A model generated the notes under the pieces. The model was not told the DNA's origin, ran no database searches, and saw only the letters and a program-made list of their open reading frames with translations. Below are positions 39,588 to 49,407 of a stretch of 64,000 nt of DNA, one piece after another. The position numbers and the translations under genes are program-made. Position 1 is the first letter of the stretch. The number at the start of each line of letters is the position of its first letter. The stretch spans positions 1 through 64,000 of the IMG/VR virus record IMGVR_UViG_3300033121_000264; one strand, 5' to 3'. This DNA is from a virus (lineage: Duplodnaviria; Caudoviricetes).

Positions 39588-40273
39588 ATGAATTGTTTCA
39601 AGAAGTAGTTGTTCTTAATTTAGATAAACGCTACAAAGAATTTGAACGAATTGAAAGTATGCTACAAAATGTTGGTTATACTCGTAATATTCGTAGAGTT
39701 GTAGTTGGTAAGGGCGATATACTTCCAGAAGATGAATATACATTAATTGATGAACCAAGATGCTCAGATGTTTGGAGTCGTGGAGCATTTTCACACCTAC
39801 CAAATTCATACCACGCATTTATGGCATTTCGTCGTATTATTGGAGAAATGTATAATACTGGAATTAAGACAGTTCTTATTCTAGAAGATGATGCAATATT
39901 TACTGATGATTTTAATGAGACATTAGAAAAGGCCGAGAAAGACATCAAGAACCAAAACCTTCATTGGGACATGCTCTATTTAGGTGCTAATCATACTTGG
40001 TCGCAAACGAAAGAACAATCACCCAACCTTCTACGGCTTTTTGGTAGTTTATGTTGGCACGCTGTTGGTCTACATCATAGTGTATATTTGCCAATTTTAC
40101 AATGTGCGGTAGACAAGCCAATAGATTTAAAGGCAGCAGAAGTATTACATCCAATCTATAATTGTTATGCTGTTTGGCCTTCAATTGCTTTGCAAAAACC
40201 TGGAATGAGTTTTGTCGAGGGTCGTGAAAGAAACTATAATGAGTTTTTCGTAAGTAAGGGGGCTAATTGGTAA
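39578..40273 (+). CDS. GT25-like glycosyltransferase
   Basis: VLNLDKR, ILEDD, WDMLYLG, PID. Confidence 0.8.
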   Translation: MGLNELFQEVVVLNLDKRYKEFERIESMLQNVGYTRNIRRVVVGKGDILPEDEYTLIDEPRCSDVWSRGAFSHLPNSYHAFMAFRRIIGEMYNTGIKTVLILEDDAIFTDDFNETLEKAEKDIKNQNLHWDMLYLGANHTWSQTKEQSPNLLRLFGSLCWHAVGLHHSVYLPILQCAVDKPIDLKAAEVLHPIYNCYAVWPSIALQKPGMSFVEGRERNYNEFFVSKGANW

Positions 40274-41145
40274 TGCGTATTTTAATTACAGGTGCAACAT
40301 CATTTATTGGCAAACATCTTACAAAACAACTAATTAGTAGATTTCCACAAAATCAGTATATTGGAATATGTAATCACTCACCAAATGATAATAAATTTCC
40401 AGAACTAGATTTATATTATACAGATTTGGCTAATCCAGAAACAGCAAATATAGTACGAAATTATTTTAAACCAGATTTAGTATATCATCTTGCAGCCATC
40501 TCAAATCCAAGTTTTAATACTATTAAGAAGATTTGGGACATTAATGTAAATGGTACATTATACTTACTGAATGGAATTAATTGTCCAATTATTTTTGCTT
40601 CAACGGCTAATATTCTTGGTGGTTTTCCACATTATCGAGAAGAACTGACAACTATGTATACTGCAACCAAAAGAGCGGCAGAATGCTTAATTGAGGGTTT
40701 TGCAAGACAAGACTTATGTAAAGGTGTTTCTTTAAGACTAACTGGAGTTGTTGGTCCAGATATGACTCATGGATTACTTCCAGTATTGGTTAAGAAAGCA
40801 AAGGAAAAAGAAAATCCAATGCAATTGTTAAAAAATACTCGCAAAACATACATTCATATAGATGATGTTGTTAATAATCTAATTAGATATATTGATGGAT
40901 ATAATTGGCAAAATCATCCTAAATATGAAAAATTTACTATGTCGAATAAAGATAGTTTAAGTACAACAGAGTTTGCAAATTTGGTTTACGGTTTTTTCAA
41001 TCATGGACAAATTCCTGAGCTAAAATATAGTGATGTCAGTTACAATGGGGATATTGATTATAGTAATCCCAAAAACACTATTAAAACTGATTTAGTTTAT
41101 TCATCTTCTACGCAAGCAATTTATAAAGCATTGGAGTCTTATTAA
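40273..41145 (+). CDS. NAD-dependent epimerase/dehydratase
   Basis: ITGATSFIG, HLAA, YTATK, YIHIDD. Confidence 0.85.
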   Translation: MRILITGATSFIGKHLTKQLISRFPQNQYIGICNHSPNDNKFPELDLYYTDLANPETANIVRNYFKPDLVYHLAAISNPSFNTIKKIWDINVNGTLYLLNGINCPIIFASTANILGGFPHYREELTTMYTATKRAAECLIEGFARQDLCKGVSLRLTGVVGPDMTHGLLPVLVKKAKEKENPMQLLKNTRKTYIHIDDVVNNLIRYIDGYNWQNHPKYEKFTMSNKDSLSTTEFANLVYGFFNHGQIPELKYSDVSYNGDIDYSNPKNTIKTDLVYSSSTQAIYKALESY

Positions 41146-42116
41146 TGAAAATATGTGTTTTAGGTGGACTAGGATATATTGGTAGTGGATTTGGTTCATG
41201 GCTACATTTAAAGGGTTATGACGATATTACGATTGTAGATAATCTTTATTTTAAACAAGCCGAAATTATAGAACCAATTTTAAAGGCTACTAAAACTAGA
41301 TTAGACTACATGCCGGATTTGAAAGAACAAAAAATTACCATCTATAAAGAAGATGTCAGAGAACACCGTAGATGGAATGATTATGACGTTATTATTAATT
41401 TAGCAGCATATGTAGGTGCTCCATTATGCAATAAACTTCCAAAAGAAGAAGTTATCTCGCTAAATCAGACATTTGTTGAAAATCTTACAAAACACTTGTC
41501 AAGAGAGCAATTATTAATTTATCCCAACACAAATTCATCATATGGATATTCAACAGAAGATATATGCACAGAAGATAGCCCAAGACAACCTTTATCGTTA
41601 TATGCAGAAACTAAAGACAATGCTGAAAAAGCTGTGTTGGATTTTGGGGGCATAGCTTATAGATTAGCAACAGTATGCGGTCCTGCTCCAAGAATGAGAT
41701 GGGATTTAATGGTAAATGATTTTTGTCTCAAGGCTTATCGTAATCATCAATTAGATATTTTTGAACCACATTATAAACGCAATTTCATCAATGTAATGGA
41801 TATCCATACAGCTTTAGAATTTGCTATTGCGAATCGTGAAGAAATGCAAGGTCAAGTCTATAATCTAGGATTAGATAGTGGTAATACAACCAAAGGCGAA
41901 TTAGCACAACAAATTTGCAAACATTTTGGAGCAGAATATATAGTATCAGAAGGTAATGACCCAGATAAGAGAAATTATAACGTATCAAGTCAAAAACTAT
42001 ATAATTTAGGATATCAACCTATTCATACTCTAGCAGCTACTATTACGATGTTAGATATTATGTTTATTATTATGAAGGGTAAAGAAATTGATGGTCCTAC
42101 CACAAGGAATGTTTAA
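41145..42116 (+). CDS. NAD-dependent epimerase/dehydratase
   Basis: GGLGYIGS, LAAYVG, YAETK, RLATV, RMRWDLMVN. Confidence 0.88.
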   Translation: MKICVLGGLGYIGSGFGSWLHLKGYDDITIVDNLYFKQAEIIEPILKATKTRLDYMPDLKEQKITIYKEDVREHRRWNDYDVIINLAAYVGAPLCNKLPKEEVISLNQTFVENLTKHLSREQLLIYPNTNSSYGYSTEDICTEDSPRQPLSLYAETKDNAEKAVLDFGGIAYRLATVCGPAPRMRWDLMVNDFCLKAYRNHQLDIFEPHYKRNFINVMDIHTALEFAIANREEMQGQVYNLGLDSGNTTKGELAQQICKHFGAEYIVSEGNDPDKRNYNVSSQKLYNLGYQPIHTLAATITMLDIMFIIMKGKEIDGPTTRNV

Positions 42117-43096
42117 TGGATAAATGGCTAATTACAAAAACCCCAAATAGAATTAGTTTTTTTGGTGGTGGAACAGATTATCCAGAATTTTATAATGATA
42201 ATCCATCATTTGTAGTTAGTTCTGCAATTGACAAGTTTTCATATTTAATGATACGTAAATTACCAAAATTTTTTGACTATAAAAGCCGTTTTGTTTATTC
42301 AGAGACAGAAGAAGTAAAATCACACGAAGAAATTAAGCATCGAATTATTAACAAGGTATTAGAGGTTTTAAAGATTAATCATGGACTTGAAATCATTCAC
42401 ACATCGACTTTACCGGGAAACAGTGGTGTTGGTAGCAGCAGTAGCTTTACCGTTGGGCTTTTTAATGCAATTTCTAGCATTGAAGGTGTCCAAACTACTT
42501 CAAAAGGTTTGGCCGAAGCAGCAATCCTTTTAGAAAGAGATGTCCTTAAAGATGTTATTGGAATACAAGATGCGTATGCGGCAGCATATGGTGGTTTCAA
42601 TAAAATCTCATTTAGCCGACATGGAATACATGTAAATCCAATTATATGTAGTAATTCATTTATTACAGAACTTGAGGAATCATGTATATTATTGTACACT
42701 GGAATGAAGCGTGTCTCATCTAATGTAGCCACAGATTGCTTCGTTTTAAGAAATCCAGTAGAAGAACGATTAGCAACTAGACAAATAGCAGAAGAAGGAT
42801 TACAAGCTATTCGTAATGAGAGTATTAGTCAGATAGGAAAACTAATAGATAAGTCTTGGGAAGTAAAAAGAAGTCTATCCAAAACAGTATCAAACCCTTT
42901 AATAGATGATATTTATAAAAGGGCTAAATATATTGGATGCCACGGAAAGGTGATTGGAGCAGGGGGCGGCGGGTGTATGCTTTTAATATTTGATAGGACG
43001 TTAAAAAATAAAGTCAAAAACGAGTTTAAAGAGTTCGTAACGATTGATTTCAAACTGCAATTTGAAGGAAGTAAGGTGATGTATGTTGAAAGGTAA
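42116..43096 (+). CDS. hddA: GHMP sugar kinase, heptose-7-phosphate kinase-like
   Basis: PNRISFFGGGTD, SGVGSSSS, GIQD, GAGGGG. Confidence 0.85.
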   Translation: MDKWLITKTPNRISFFGGGTDYPEFYNDNPSFVVSSAIDKFSYLMIRKLPKFFDYKSRFVYSETEEVKSHEEIKHRIINKVLEVLKINHGLEIIHTSTLPGNSGVGSSSSFTVGLFNAISSIEGVQTTSKGLAEAAILLERDVLKDVIGIQDAYAAAYGGFNKISFSRHGIHVNPIICSNSFITELEESCILLYTGMKRVSSNVATDCFVLRNPVEERLATRQIAEEGLQAIRNESISQIGKLIDKSWEVKRSLSKTVSNPLIDDIYKRAKYIGCHGKVIGAGGGGCMLLIFDRTLKNKVKNEFKEFVTIDFKLQFEGSKVMYVER

Positions 43097-44033
43097 GGTT
43101 TGGGTAACTGGTGGAAACGGATTCTTTGGGCGACACTTAACTAGAGAATTAGAAAATCAAGGGTATTTTGTTTTATCTGCCCATTCATCAAAATTGAATC
43201 TATTAAATTATGAAGATTGTATTCGTTTTGTATATGATTATAAACCAATTTATATCATTCATGCCGCTGGTTATAATGGTGGAATTAAATTTAATTTAGA
43301 AAATCCATTTGATATATATGACCAAAATGTAAGAATGGGTAATAACGTAATAAGAATAGCTAATGAATATAAAGTTAAAAAAGTAGTATCTATTGTAACT
43401 AGTTGCGCTTATGGAGAATATACTTATTCGGGCGATGAAATGAATCCGTTTCAACCAAATGACCTATTAAGACCAGAAGACTTTCTATCTGATAAACCAA
43501 ATCCAACGGTAGAATGTCATGGATATGCCAAACGTCACTTACAACTCCTAAGCAAGTACGCCCATCAGCAATATGGTTTAAACGCTGTCACAGCCTGTAT
43601 AACTACAATGTATGGTCCAGGTGACTCTACGGACCTAAATAGAACTAAAGTAATGATGGCCCTCATTAAACGCTTTGTAGACGCCAAAAAAGAAAAAGCC
43701 GAAAGGGTAACCTGTTGGGGAACTGGAAAGCCACGCCGCCAATTTATTTATGTAAAAGATGCTGCAAAATGCGTTATAAAAGCTTTGGAAGACTATAATA
43801 ATAGTAGTGTCCCAGTCAATATTAGCCCATTGGGAGACATAAGACTTTCACAGCTAGTAAGAGAAATTGCATGGGCTGTAGACTATAAAGGTGAGATAGC
43901 TTGGGACCACACAAAACCTGATGGGCAAATGAAGAAAGAATTGGTTCCACATGAGATGTTTAAAGATTTTGAGTTTACTGGACTTACCCAAGGTATTAAG
44001 GAAACGATAGAATGGTATCAAAGTTTGGGATAA
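43083..44033 (+). CDS. fcl: GDP-L-fucose synthase-like epimerase/reductase
   Basis: TGGNGFFG, HAAG..GGI, TSCAY, YAK, WGTGKPRRQF, KPDGQ. Confidence 0.88.
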   Translation: MLKGKVWVTGGNGFFGRHLTRELENQGYFVLSAHSSKLNLLNYEDCIRFVYDYKPIYIIHAAGYNGGIKFNLENPFDIYDQNVRMGNNVIRIANEYKVKKVVSIVTSCAYGEYTYSGDEMNPFQPNDLLRPEDFLSDKPNPTVECHGYAKRHLQLLSKYAHQQYGLNAVTACITTMYGPGDSTDLNRTKVMMALIKRFVDAKKEKAERVTCWGTGKPRRQFIYVKDAAKCVIKALEDYNNSSVPVNISPLGDIRLSQLVREIAWAVDYKGEIAWDHTKPDGQMKKELVPHEMFKDFEFTGLTQGIKETIEWYQSLG

Positions 44034-44488
44034 TTCTTAATAACTATGGACAAAACCAGTTAGCATTCGATACGCTACAAACCGCTAACGAATTCCTTAG
44101 AATGGGCAACAAAGTAGATTTGACCCTATTTTATGAAACCCCAGTACCTTTAAGACAATCTCCATTAACTGCCCTAATGAATCTATATGAAGCATGGAAT
44201 TATGATGGAACAGTTGTAGCTACATCAGTTTCCTCGGCTTTTAAGGTTTTAGGGATGCCAATTCCAAACCAAAGATATTTTTATGTCTATAATCCTGAAT
44301 GGATTCATAATCATACTATCTATGAAGCATACTATAAACTAGCAAAATCCGACATTGAATTTATTGCTAGAACAAAAGAACACGCAGATTTGATTATTAA
44401 CAATTTTAATAAAGTACCGAAATTTATACTAGAACAAATGAATGTGGAGGCATTATGGCAGGCGTTGAACTCCTTCCAACAATCGTAA
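44012..44488 (+). CDS. Hypothetical protein
   Basis: Overlapping ORF. Confidence 0.55.
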   Translation: MVSKFGIILNNYGQNQLAFDTLQTANEFLRMGNKVDLTLFYETPVPLRQSPLTALMNLYEAWNYDGTVVATSVSSAFKVLGMPIPNQRYFYVYNPEWIHNHTIYEAYYKLAKSDIEFIARTKEHADLIINNFNKVPKFILEQMNVEALWQALNSFQQS

Positions 44489-45240
44489 AAGGTTATTTTG
44501 AAGAATTTAAGTCTATTAGCACTATTGCAAAAGAATTAAATACTTATCCAAATGATGTGCGACGTATCCTATTAAAAAATGGATATACATTACGAGATAA
44601 AAGTGAAGCACAATCTATCTCATTAAAAACAGGAACTCATCCACATCCCACAAAAGGTAAGAAAAGAACAGATGAAACTAAGCTAAAAATTAGCGAAGGA
44701 CTATCAGCTAACTGGGAAGGTTTAAGTAAAGATAAGAAAGAGGCAAGAGCTAAGGTAAGTAGGGATAATTGGAATGCAATGAGCCAATCTGACAAAGAAA
44801 CATTTAGAAAATCAGCATCTAAAGCTATTCTGAAAGCCGCAAAAGAGGGTTCTAAAATTGAACATCTTATTATGGCAAATTTGGTCGAACGTGGTTATCG
44901 TCCGTTATTCCATCATGAAATGATGTTACCAAACGAAAGATTACAAATCGACCTGTTTATTCCTGAGCTAGCAACAGCTATTGAAATTGATGGGCCAACT
45001 CATTATAAGCCAATTTGGGGCGAAGAAAAACTTCAAAAACAAGTCGCCGCCGATAACGAAAAAAATGGATTACTTCTAAGTATGGGATTTAATATAATTA
45101 GAGTTAAATATACTGTGTCGAAAATTACATTGAAATATAAAAAAGAATTGGAGGAATCTCTTGCTAAAGTATTAAATACATTATCAGAACAACAGAAAAG
45201 CGGAAAAGTTACACCACAAATTGTTTTAATAGGAGCTTAA
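44455..45240 (+). CDS. DUF559/Vsr-like endonuclease with HTH and NUMOD3
   Basis: KGKKRTDETKLKISE; IDL...IEIDGPTH...DNEKN. Confidence 0.75.
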   Translation: MAGVELLPTIVKGYFEEFKSISTIAKELNTYPNDVRRILLKNGYTLRDKSEAQSISLKTGTHPHPTKGKKRTDETKLKISEGLSANWEGLSKDKKEARAKVSRDNWNAMSQSDKETFRKSASKAILKAAKEGSKIEHLIMANLVERGYRPLFHHEMMLPNERLQIDLFIPELATAIEIDGPTHYKPIWGEEKLQKQVAADNEKNGLLLSMGFNIIRVKYTVSKITLKYKKELEESLAKVLNTLSEQQKSGKVTPQIVLIGA

Positions 45241-45242
45241 TT

Positions 45243-46064
45243 ATGCCAAGAGGCAGACCAAGAAAAGTTGTATCAATTGTGACTCAAGGAGATAATGTGG
45301 AATTATCAGATAATGGACAAACAGATGCAGTTACAGCATTATTAGAAGTAGCAAATTTAGAAGTAAATGATGACCAAGAAAATGAAGAAGCACAAGAAGA
45401 AGCTGTTAAGGCTCCAAATATGTTCTCTCCAGAATGGTCTGATTATGTATTGGCTCAATTACAAGCAGATGAAAAATCTGATGACAAACCGACAGTAGAA
45501 GGTTTACGTAGAGTATCTCAAGTATTACTTGGGCCTATTGTTGATTCAAGACCAACCCACGTTGTAGGTAACGGCGGACAAACGATTGTTGGATATGCTG
45601 TTACTTTCTTATGGAATCGTCCAGAAGACCCACGTTTTGGTAGTGAGATTACATTTGGTAGTTGTGCAGATACTACAGAAGATAATGCTGGACATCCATT
45701 TAATAAATATGGAGCAGCCATGTCTGATACAAGAGCAGAGGGTAGAGCATTGAAAAAAGCATTAGGATTGCGTAGAGTTATGACGGCAGAAGAAGCTAAT
45801 CTTGATTTACAGGTTCCATCGAAAGATGCTGCAACATCAGGTCAATTAGCCGCTATTAAGAATTTATGCCGTAAACAAGACATTAACGTAAAGAAATTTA
45901 TTGAAATGTATTGTACCGAAAACGGATTAGATGTGCCGGTAGCAATTGAGCAATTAACAAAAGACGTTGCCGTTCAATTGTGTGCAGCTCTAAATAATTA
46001 TAATGTTGATGTTAAGAATAGTGAGTATAAAGTTGTTCCACAAGAAATTAAGGGGTTTGAATAA
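45243..46064 (+). CDS. Putative Rad52/Sak-like single-strand annealing protein
   Basis: AMSDTRAEGRALKKALG; C-terminal ATSGQLAAI motif. Confidence 0.45.
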   Translation: MPRGRPRKVVSIVTQGDNVELSDNGQTDAVTALLEVANLEVNDDQENEEAQEEAVKAPNMFSPEWSDYVLAQLQADEKSDDKPTVEGLRRVSQVLLGPIVDSRPTHVVGNGGQTIVGYAVTFLWNRPEDPRFGSEITFGSCADTTEDNAGHPFNKYGAAMSDTRAEGRALKKALGLRRVMTAEEANLDLQVPSKDAATSGQLAAIKNLCRKQDINVKKFIEMYCTENGLDVPVAIEQLTKDVAVQLCAALNNYNVDVKNSEYKVVPQEIKGFE

Positions 46065-46612
46065 TGTTGAAAGAATTTAGAATTTATAAGCCGTTTAAAG
46101 ACAAGACCACAGGCCAATTTAAAGGGGCCGCATCTAAAATTGAGCTTCGTCGTAAAGATGTTAAGAAAACAGACGCAGAAGGTAAAGAATATACCATTTA
46201 TGAATGGATGATGTTCTGGACTGGAACTGTACAAACAGGAGAAGACGCAAAAGGAAATGCTTCTTTCGCGTGGCAAACCAAGGAAAATCCAGGTAAGCAG
46301 GTGTGCCTAAAGTTAGGTGACCCTGATGTGGGCGACCTATTAGCTGTTCTTAATGGTCAAAAACCACAAGTTGGTGGTATGACTGGTAAGGGTATCTATC
46401 ACGAAAACGATAAGGGTAATAGCTCTTTAACGTTTAAGTATAGTGATGGTAAGGTTGATGGGGCACAAAAGTATGAACCATCATATCGAGTAAGAGTCTC
46501 AAGTAAGGTTGGTTCTACTCTAATTGCGGCAGAACATAGTATTACTCTTGGTGAAGCAGAAATTCTTAAAGAGATTCTACTTGGTTATGTAAGGAAGAAA
46601 TATCTACAATAG
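46064..46612 (+). CDS. Whirly/PC4-fold ssDNA-binding protein-like
   Basis: FRIYK..KGAA; W..KQVCLKL..DVGDLL; IYHE; SITLGEAEIL. Confidence 0.5.
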   Translation: MLKEFRIYKPFKDKTTGQFKGAASKIELRRKDVKKTDAEGKEYTIYEWMMFWTGTVQTGEDAKGNASFAWQTKENPGKQVCLKLGDPDVGDLLAVLNGQKPQVGGMTGKGIYHENDKGNSSLTFKYSDGKVDGAQKYEPSYRVRVSSKVGSTLIAAEHSITLGEAEILKEILLGYVRKKYLQ

Positions 46613-46616
46613 TAGA

Positions 46617-47060
46617 TTAAGTATCTCCAGGCCATTTCTTAAGGGGACAGTGAAAAGCTGCCCCTTTTGCTTTTAATGCTAGATAACAACCACAAAATGT
46701 ACACCTATTTCCAATGTCATCATACTTATCACAAGAAGAACACACTTCTAGTCTTTTAGCATATTCTTCTTTAGTAACAGTGGTTGGATTAGCTATGAAT
46801 GCTCCAAGCGCTTTTAGTGCATTTTTAGCCATAGTTCCATAAGATGGCATTTCTTGTAATTCGTTCTCAATTGGTGGTATGGTGCGTGGTTTATTTTTTA
46901 CTTCACGTAACTCTACATTTTGTGGTACATACCCTTCTTGATTATGACAAACTAATACTATTTTATTAGCTGGTGCCTTATGCATAAAAATACGTCCACA
47001 CAACGTACATATATTTTTCTCATCATTATTAACATCTTTAACTAAAGTACAAGCTCTCAT
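46617..47060 (-). CDS. Cys-rich small protein
   Basis: RLEVCSSC...CTFCGC...CPLKKW. Confidence 0.6.
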   Translation of the reverse strand: MRACTLVKDVNNDEKNICTLCGRIFMHKAPANKIVLVCHNQEGYVPQNVELREVKNKPRTIPPIENELQEMPSYGTMAKNALKALGAFIANPTTVTKEEYAKRLEVCSSCDKYDDIGNRCTFCGCYLALKAKGAAFHCPLKKWPGDT

Positions 47061-47072
47061 ATTGTTCCTTTA

Positions 47073-49406
47073 TTAATCTATTGTTATACTAACTTCAAAT
47101 TTTCCCAACCTTGGAGAACTTGGAGTATCAGCACATAAGGGGTGTGGAGTATTGGTATAAGGGGCACTATAACCAGTTGGGTATGAATAGCAAGATGGAC
47201 CACAACTAGATATATAGAATTGTGGGTCTATTTCACAACTAGCATTCATCCAACCGCCATAACCCCAATAATACAAATAACTTCCATTGCTACCACCAGG
47301 ATAATGATTATTGTACTCTCCCCAATTATCCTTGTATGGGATACCACTAACTTCACTTACAGAACATTTTGTGCCTGTGGCAGTTACACTACAGAAAGAT
47401 ACTCCAGGAGTGATATTAAAATTATAGTTATTTCCATACCAGCCATTGTAAATATTATTGGCCCAGTGGCAATTTGTAGACATAGCCACACCGGCCTTTA
47501 TCACAACTTTATGATTTGCTTCAGGGTCAACGCAAGATATTGCACTATTCCAACCGTAATATCCAGAATTTAGGTCGGATGGATTCATTTCATGATAACC
47601 TACTAATGTGGCCTCCATTTCCTGATTAGCATAATATTGAATTGCCGTCTTTGCACGATTAGGAAAAGTACCAGCGTGATGAGTTGAAGTTACAACGCAT
47701 GGTATAGTAGTTCCATATTCCTCATAACCTCCTTCTGTACCAATTTCATTACAAGCCCAAGGTACATCATTATTAACCTCAGTTTCTATTAATGCAGATA
47801 AATACCCACAATACCCGCCTACTGATTGGTAAGTAAGGTTACCGTTCATCCAATTATAATATGGCATAGTTTGGTTTTTCAAATTCACCAATTCAACAAC
47901 CTGTGGATGCGCAGAACATATGCCTGTATATTCATATTCTTTAGTTTCATGACAACACTTTTCTGACCAGTCTGGAGGTAATTGAAACTCGCCAACCGCG
48001 ACCCCGCTAGTAATTATATCTTGCCAACCAGCCATACCAGATTCTATTCTAGTATATGTATTATTAGATATGTCACAACACCACGGCGTACAATCTACTT
48101 CTGGGTTGTATAAGTCCTCCAAAGGAACATTAAGCAAATCAACTGTAGGCCAGCATCCCAATGAAACCCATCCCCACGCACACGGACTAGAGCAAAAACA
48201 CGTTCCATTGATTTCACCTACGAATGCTTGGTATTGTTCGTTAGTAATAAATGTACCGACTTTAGTGCCAATATAAGCTAATAATGCTTGACGAGTATTT
48301 TGATTGTATTGATTACATTGTGCTACTTCACTTGCAATATTCTTGGCAACAAAGTAAGAAGTTGTTTTGTCTTCAAGTTCTGGAAAGTGTAGATATACGC
48401 TCGGAGCAAATGTTCCGGCGTTTAAACTTAAACAATTACACTCAGCGCATGGACAATGATATTTAATCCCGCTCACTTGACCAGTAAGACCATTATAATC
48501 AAAACATTGACCTTTAGCGTCTTTTTGGGTTGAACGAAAACCAAAATATACATCTTTAATAAAAATATTATCTTCTCCTTGTAAAATTTGGAAAGAGAAG
48601 TCTTTTGTGGTAGACGGCATTTCCCACCCTAATAATTGAGCACCAAGATGCGTATACAGTTGTGAATTTGCTGTTAGACGATAAGTACCTCCTTGGATTA
48701 TAGATGGTTTATCTGCTTGTGTATGACATTGTTTGAATTTCCATTTTTCATCATTATCTTCGCCAGCGTATGCTTCTGGTGGAGTGTATGGCGGTGAATA
48801 TATGCCATTTTCATAAGACCAATATGGAGGAATATTTGAAATATCGTACAAAACACTATCACCCTGGGCCAAAAATAATTGACTAATACTTAAACCGCTA
48901 GCCTCTCTTACATCGTCGTTAGCAAAACCAAGTAAAAATTCTGCTGCCCAATTACCATCCTGGGGTACACCATATGAATGTGGCATTTCTATGATGGTTT
49001 CATATAGATTAATAGAGTTTGTAATCTGAATAGCTAGATAGTTATATGTACTAGGGTCTGGTGGTATTGCTCCTTCTATATATTCTGTATATTCAACAAC
49101 GGTAGCAGTAATATAATCATTATGAAAGTGTAATCTAATAGCGTCCCCTTCTTGAACGCCAGAAAACATCACGTTGGCATATAGTTCTAAAGAGCGCCCC
49201 TTGCTACTGAGTGTAATTTTCTCATTTGGCACATGACAAGCAAGTAATGCTGGGTCTTCATCATCTGTGCCCTCAACAGGTTTAAGATACCACGTATTAC
49301 TATTAAAATCATACGAGTCTAACGACGTATTCATTAAAAAGGATGTATTTTCGTGAATTTTGCAACCGCCGCAACAGCCGCAACCACCGCCAAATTTAAA
49401 AGCCAT
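47073..49406 (-). CDS. Cys/Tyr/Trp-rich putative virion (tail tip/fibre) protein
   Basis: Starts MAFKFGGGCGCCGGC; downstream of tail genes. Confidence 0.5.
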   Translation of the reverse strand: MAFKFGGGCGCCGGCKIHENTSFLMNTSLDSYDFNSNTWYLKPVEGTDDEDPALLACHVPNEKITLSSKGRSLELYANVMFSGVQEGDAIRLHFHNDYITATVVEYTEYIEGAIPPDPSTYNYLAIQITNSINLYETIIEMPHSYGVPQDGNWAAEFLLGFANDDVREASGLSISQLFLAQGDSVLYDISNIPPYWSYENGIYSPPYTPPEAYAGEDNDEKWKFKQCHTQADKPSIIQGGTYRLTANSQLYTHLGAQLLGWEMPSTTKDFSFQILQGEDNIFIKDVYFGFRSTQKDAKGQCFDYNGLTGQVSGIKYHCPCAECNCLSLNAGTFAPSVYLHFPELEDKTTSYFVAKNIASEVAQCNQYNQNTRQALLAYIGTKVGTFITNEQYQAFVGEINGTCFCSSPCAWGWVSLGCWPTVDLLNVPLEDLYNPEVDCTPWCCDISNNTYTRIESGMAGWQDIITSGVAVGEFQLPPDWSEKCCHETKEYEYTGICSAHPQVVELVNLKNQTMPYYNWMNGNLTYQSVGGYCGYLSALIETEVNNDVPWACNEIGTEGGYEEYGTTIPCVVTSTHHAGTFPNRAKTAIQYYANQEMEATLVGYHEMNPSDLNSGYYGWNSAISCVDPEANHKVVIKAGVAMSTNCHWANNIYNGWYGNNYNFNITPGVSFCSVTATGTKCSVSEVSGIPYKDNWGEYNNHYPGGSNGSYLYYWGYGGWMNASCEIDPQFYISSCGPSCYSYPTGYSAPYTNTPHPLCADTPSSPRLGKFEVSITID

Positions 49407-49407
49407 A

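Noticed and set aside
46600-46630. Bidirectional terminator at the convergence of the + and - gene blocks
   Set aside because: Only a 4-bp gap and no clear hairpin
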